From: a virus
Lineage: Duplodnaviria > Caudoviricetes
Virus record (IMG/VR): IMGVR_UViG_3300025889_000140
Location: 1-58,200 of that record
Length of the DNA: 58,200 nt
Strand: one strand, 5' to 3'
Shown here: positions 54,436 to 58,200 of the stretch, piece after piece
Numbering within the stretch: position 1 is the stretch's first letter
Layout: the number at the start of each line of letters is the position of its first letter
Program-made: the position numbers and the translations under genes
Notes under the pieces: generated by a model
Databases searched by the model: none
What the model saw: only the letters and a program-made list of their open reading frames with translations
Told to the model about the DNA's origin: nothing

Positions 54436-56037
54436 CTACTTAGTTTCGTATGAACGTGCCATAGTTACAATAGCATTAGTGGATAGTATTGTGGTTGCTA
54501 CTGACACAGCATTTAACAATGCAGTCCTAGTTACTTTGAGTGGGTCAATCACTCCCATCTTTATTAAGTTCCCATATTGGGAATTTTTTAAATCATAACC
54601 CTCACCGACTTTAGGAGGTGAAGAATAAATTTCATCAAAGTCTTTTCCTGCATTTGAGAGTATCTGTCTAGCTGGTGCTTGTAATGCATACTTCATTATA
54701 TTGGCAGCAATCTTTTCACTAGCTGTGGGTGAGCAAGGCTCACAAACTTCATAACCCAATGTCCAAAGAGCCATGCCACCACCAGGAAGTATGCCCTCCT
54801 CTAGTGCGGAACGTACTGCACAAACCGCATCGTCCACTCTGTCGTACAGCTCTTTTTGTTCTAGGTCTGTGTTACCACCCACGTATATTACACCAATACC
54901 ACCAGTAAGCGAAGCTATCCTGGACATGATGAAATCTTTTTCAGTTTTTGTTTTTGCTAAATCATACGCACCTTTCAGTTCTGCTACTCTGCCATCAACT
55001 GCATCTTGGTTTGATGAATCATCTTTAAGGATGACTGTTGAGCCACGTCCAACTATCACCTTGGCTGCATGGCCCAAGTCATCAGCATTTATAATGCTCA
55101 GGTCATCCCCAGTCTTTTCGGAAAAGTAAGTAGCTCCTACTGTATATGCAATGTCCTGCATCAACTCATGTTGCTTGTACCCAAAATTCGGTGGTGCAAT
55201 ATTACATATCTTTAAATTGTTTTTCATAACATTGGCCGCCAACGTATTTATTACATTAACCGATGTAGGCGCAATGATAAGTAGTTTTTTATTCTGCTGT
55301 ATGATTGGTTTAAGCACACCCTCAATCTGAAGTATATTACTTATCTCAGCATCAGATACCAGGATACTAACGTCCTCTAGTACACACTCGTCTTTCTTCT
55401 GGTCATTGATAAATAATGGTGATGTGTAACCCCTGTCTACCTTTATACCCTTAGTGGTCTCATAATACGTCTCACTGGTTTGTGATTTCTCTACAGTTAC
55501 AACACCATCTTTACCAACCTCCTTGTATACATTAGCAATCGTAGTACCCAGCTCCTTATCGTTGTTGGCTGAAATAATCGCAACGTCTTTCATCTTTCGC
55601 AAAGATAATTTCTTGGAGTCTGATTTTAAATCATCAATCACCTCTTTCGTAAGTTCATGCATGTGGCGTAATACATCTGTTCGATTAACATCTTCTGTAA
55701 TCAACTCTGTGCCTTTCTTCACCAACGCCTCTGTCAATACTATCGCAGTGGTCGTTCCGTCCCCAGCCGTAGTAGCCGTCTTGTCGGCAGCCTCTTTCAT
55801 CATACGAACCGCAAGGTTCTCGACTGGGTCGATGAGGTTAATAGACTTGGCTACTGTAACTCCATCTTTCGTAACAGTAATGCCTCCAATATGTTCCTGT
55901 GATTCTATAAGTACTGTGTTACCCTGTGGGCCTAATGTACTCTTAACTGCGTTTGATAGTTTGGTGATTCCAGAGATTAACTTCTCTCTGCCGTCCTCAC
56001 CGAAGCGAAGCTCCTTTGGTGAATATCCTTGATTCAT
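54436..56037 (-). CDS. groEL: chaperonin GroEL
   Basis: TLGP.G, TKDGVTVA, AGDGTTTA, GILPGGG, GVIDP.KV. Confidence 0.96.
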   Translation of the reverse strand: MNQGYSPKELRFGEDGREKLISGITKLSNAVKSTLGPQGNTVLIESQEHIGGITVTKDGVTVAKSINLIDPVENLAVRMMKEAADKTATTAGDGTTTAIVLTEALVKKGTELITEDVNRTDVLRHMHELTKEVIDDLKSDSKKLSLRKMKDVAIISANNDKELGTTIANVYKEVGKDGVVTVEKSQTSETYYETTKGIKVDRGYTSPLFINDQKKDECVLEDVSILVSDAEISNILQIEGVLKPIIQQNKKLLIIAPTSVNVINTLAANVMKNNLKICNIAPPNFGYKQHELMQDIAYTVGATYFSEKTGDDLSIINADDLGHAAKVIVGRGSTVILKDDSSNQDAVDGRVAELKGAYDLAKTKTEKDFIMSRIASLTGGIGVIYVGGNTDLEQKELYDRVDDAVCAVRSALEEGILPGGGMALWTLGYEVCEPCSPTASEKIAANIMKYALQAPARQILSNAGKDFDEIYSSPPKVGEGYDLKNSQYGNLIKMGVIDPLKVTRTALLNAVSVATTILSTNAIVTMARSYETK

Positions 56038-56061
56038 AATTTAAGTGTATTTAATTTAATG

Positions 56062-56069
56062 CAAATATA
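56062..56069 (-). promoter_or_regulatory. -7 promoter element TATATTTG for groEL
   Basis: 25 nt upstream of groEL start. Confidence 0.55.
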
Positions 56070-56176
56070 GTAAATAATTTCAATACATATATATGTTATA
56101 TACGGCTGCTCCTATATATATATATATTTTATTACAATTAATCGTGTAAAAATTTTTGACGTTTTGGTTTTTTTTA

Positions 56177-56254
56177 TAACATTTATAACATTAGTATTGA
56201 TTATCAGTTAGTTAGCTATTTAAAGTCAACACTAACTCAACACTAACTCAACAT
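56177..56254. repeat. composite origin-like element, copy 2
   Basis: TAACATTTATAACAT, N5, TTGATTATCAGTTAGTTA, then TCAACA(C/T) x3 at 11-bp period. Confidence 0.7.
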
Positions 56255-56271
56255 TAGAATAACATATAAAC

Positions 56272-56298
56272 AAAAAAAGAGGGCACTACCCCTCCTTT
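56272..56298 (-). terminator. intrinsic terminator
   Basis: gaggg/ccctc hairpin followed by T7 on - strand, after 56334-56528 gene. Confidence 0.6.
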
Positions 56299-56333
56299 CT
56301 TTAGACAAAGTCTATTCATCAAACACTACGCAA

Positions 56334-56528
56334 TTATAGTTTCTTAAATAAGTTAATGTTAGATTCAGCTAACTCGTTACCCTCTGCAATCATACGAACC
56401 TTTTCAGCTCGCTTCATTTGTTTGCGCATACGTGCAGCTTTCGTAATACCCATCTCACACTCAGGTGCATTATTAATGAGCCTACCATTTTTAATGGTGT
56501 AATCTTTTATTGGTTTTCCGTAATCCAT
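56334..56528 (-). CDS. hypothetical protein
   Basis: 64-aa ORF followed by terminator. Confidence 0.65.
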   Translation of the reverse strand: MDYGKPIKDYTIKNGRLINNAPECEMGITKAARMRKQMKRAEKVRMIAEGNELAESNINLFKKL

Positions 56529-56716
56529 ATCTCAAAGTTTTTGTAAAGATACAAAATTTATTAGATACATAGGGGTTGGAGGTTCCACTGCGCCACACGC
56601 AAACCGACCCACAACGGAAAGCGATATTTTTTTTGCCACCCCCCATAGCGATTTGTTCCCTGCACTCTGGATTTTTTTGCCTTTTTTTTTGACCTGTCCT
56701 ACCCTGGTAGTCCTAT

Positions 56717-56794
56717 CCCCTTACCCCTGTCCTGTCCAGGTTACACAAACCCCTTACCCCTGTAGGATTTCCCCCTATATCCCCCCATATCCCC
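56717..56794. repeat. C-rich repeats (G-runs on - strand)
   Basis: ccccttacccctgt at 56717 and 56750; C5/C6/C4 runs at 10-nt spacing 56771-56794. Confidence 0.7.
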
Positions 56795-57003
56795 TAACGT
56801 TTACCAGATAAACTTCTTAAGAAGCACAGAGAAGTGCGTTAATCTCTCGCCCAGTTTCCAGTTGTCTAAACATTTAACAGGGAACAAAGACAGATAATGC
56901 GTTGATATTCAATAAGTTAAGTGCGAAAGAACACAATTTTTATTAGAATGATTATAAATTAAAAAAATTTTCCAGGTTAAAATGCATTTTTTTTAAAAAA
57001 CCA

Positions 57004-57066
57004 TTAGGAATTTACAAAAGTATTAAACTATATTTGTACCAGAATTGAACGCTCATTGACATATTG
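57004..57066 (+). promoter_or_regulatory. early promoter plus boxA-like element
   Basis: TTAG-N21-TATATTTG (57029-57036) after A/T tracts; GCTCATTGACATATTG at 57051-57066. Confidence 0.65.
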
Positions 57067-57518
57067 ACTTCCCATCGAGAGTACGAGAGTACGCTTCGAG
57101 TAATGCTACGAGTAGCCCAGATAACACCTGGTTACTGCTCTGGGTTATCGCTGAAGACAGGGCCTGCCAGAACATCGGTATAGCTGTCCAGATATCCGCA
57201 ATCATATCCGTTCGATATGGTGCTACCAGAGTTTCTTACAGAGGCGAGTACCAGATACACTCGAGAGTCCAGGTAATTCAGGGACTCAAGGGAAGACAAC
57301 TGCGAGTACAAGTGAAACCAGGGAAGAGTCGAAAGACTCCGAAAGATTGCCTACCAGTAGGGTGCTATCACGATAACCAAGTGTTTAACCATCTGTAGAT
57401 GGAGCGAAAAGGATTGTAGTCCTGGACTGATTGTACGACTCTGAAGCATCGGTATCTGAACGACAGACTAGTGGGAGCAATACCCATGCCGATGACTAAT
57501 TTTAACCAGGCGAAAGCC
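57066..57518 (+). ncRNA. large structured non-coding leader RNA (unassigned)
   Basis: no ORF; GC-rich relative to genome; at least 10 hairpins, several with GNRA loops. Confidence 0.7.
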
Positions 57519-57532
57519 ATAAATTTTATATC

Positions 57533-57910
57533 ATGCAAAAATTAACGCAAGAACAACTAGACAACAGGGATGAAATCAAAATCGTAAAGAAGCTACTCTC
57601 GATGACAGCACATGTAATCTCGAAAGAAAACGAGGACAAATCCTGGAAACTACAGATAAGCACACCAGATTTCAAGGTGGTGATGAGATTCCACATGCAA
57701 GATTGCCCAGTGAAAGTCCTGAGATACGGAATACAAACCTGGTCGCTAAGTGTTCTCAACTCGAAAGGGAACAGGGTAATGTATAACTCCAGTGTAAATC
57801 CTCAGGTAGCTCAACTGATTGGTGAACTGGTGGGAGGGCACGAAGAGAAAACCCAGAAGCAAGACCAGAAGCAAGACTGGAAAGACCTAGAAACGTTTTT
57901 CAACCTGTAG
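57533..57910 (+). CDS. hypothetical early protein
   Basis: 125 aa; first gene of early transcript; stop TAG overlaps HH4 stem I. Confidence 0.75.
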   Translation: MQKLTQEQLDNRDEIKIVKKLLSMTAHVISKENEDKSWKLQISTPDFKVVMRFHMQDCPVKVLRYGIQTWSLSVLNSKGNRVMYNSSVNPQVAQLIGELVGGHEEKTQKQDQKQDWKDLETFFNL

Positions 57911-57964
57911 ATTAACTGATGAGACCTGATAGGTCGAAACCACCTCACCAGGTGGTCTTAATCT
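57909..57964 (+). ncRNA. type I hammerhead ribozyme HH4
   Basis: agattaa-CUGAUGA-gacct/gat/aggtc-GAAA-ccacct/cacc/aggtgg-UC-ttaatct; predicted cleavage after C57957 (GUC). Confidence 0.95.
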
Positions 57965-57978
57965 TAAAATTTATTATT

Positions 57979-58167
57979 ATGCAATTCAACAAATTATCGT
58001 TGTATCACTACAACCAAGACCAAGTAACAGAAATCAAGTTTGACGAGTACGGAAGACCATATATCCAGGAGTACACAGAATATGACTCCCAGGGTAACAT
58101 CTTGAAAGTCGGTGGCAAGTTTATGCTATCTATGAGAACAGGTTACGAATTCACCATTGAAAACTAA
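57979..58167 (+). CDS. hypothetical early protein
   Basis: ATG 57979 (MQFNKL...) 21 nt after HH4 cleavage; track start at 57919 lies inside the ribozyme. Confidence 0.7.
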   Translation: MQFNKLSLYHYNQDQVTEIKFDEYGRPYIQEYTEYDSQGNILKVGGKFMLSMRTGYEFTIEN

Positions 58168-58200
58168 GAGCTATGAAGTTTACGAAAGAACAACTGGAAA

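Noticed and set aside
56113-56127. (TA)n microsatellite
   Set aside because: Short, in an AT-rich intergenic region; at most part of the adjacent origin-like element.
57151-57175. CTGAAGA in the leader RNA as a hammerhead core
   Set aside because: No stem II-GAAA-stem III-NUH arrangement.
57066-57518. tRNA, tmRNA or group I/II intron in the structured leader
   Set aside because: No cloverleaf or TTCRA T-loop with acceptor stem, no group II domain V, and no convincing P7 R/S pair seen by eye; left unassigned.

Overview
The window is most or all of a circularly permuted, AT-rich dsDNA phage genome. It is probably a podovirus-type phage of marine Bacteroidota (Flavobacteriia), judged from TAnnTTTG promoters, SD-less AT-rich leaders and a crAss/Cellulophaga-phage-like structural module. 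The + strand carries the early region (about 57000-58200, apparently continuing at 1-3100) and a recombination/replication module (Sak3-like annealase, RecE-like exonuclease, SSB-like protein, primase-helicase, SF2 helicase, VRR-NUC, metallophosphoesterase, two DnaA-domain-IV-like proteins). No DNA polymerase is visible. The - strand carries GroEL/GroES, small basic proteins, lysis genes, tail fibre, terminase, portal, capsid, tail proteins and a 3313-aa virion protein. The standout feature is an RNA-level system in the early region. Four complete type I hammerhead ribozymes (plus a possible truncated fifth at the window start) sit between early genes. They have fully covarying stems II/III but an invariant stem I, and in three of four cases cleavage would leave an exact 21-nt leader before the next ATG. 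Upstream of them are a promoter, a boxA-like element and a ~450-nt highly structured non-coding leader. A duplicated origin-like composite DNA element, a SET-domain gene and overlapping divergent promoters are also notable. All protein calls come from motif recognition by eye; no database search was run.
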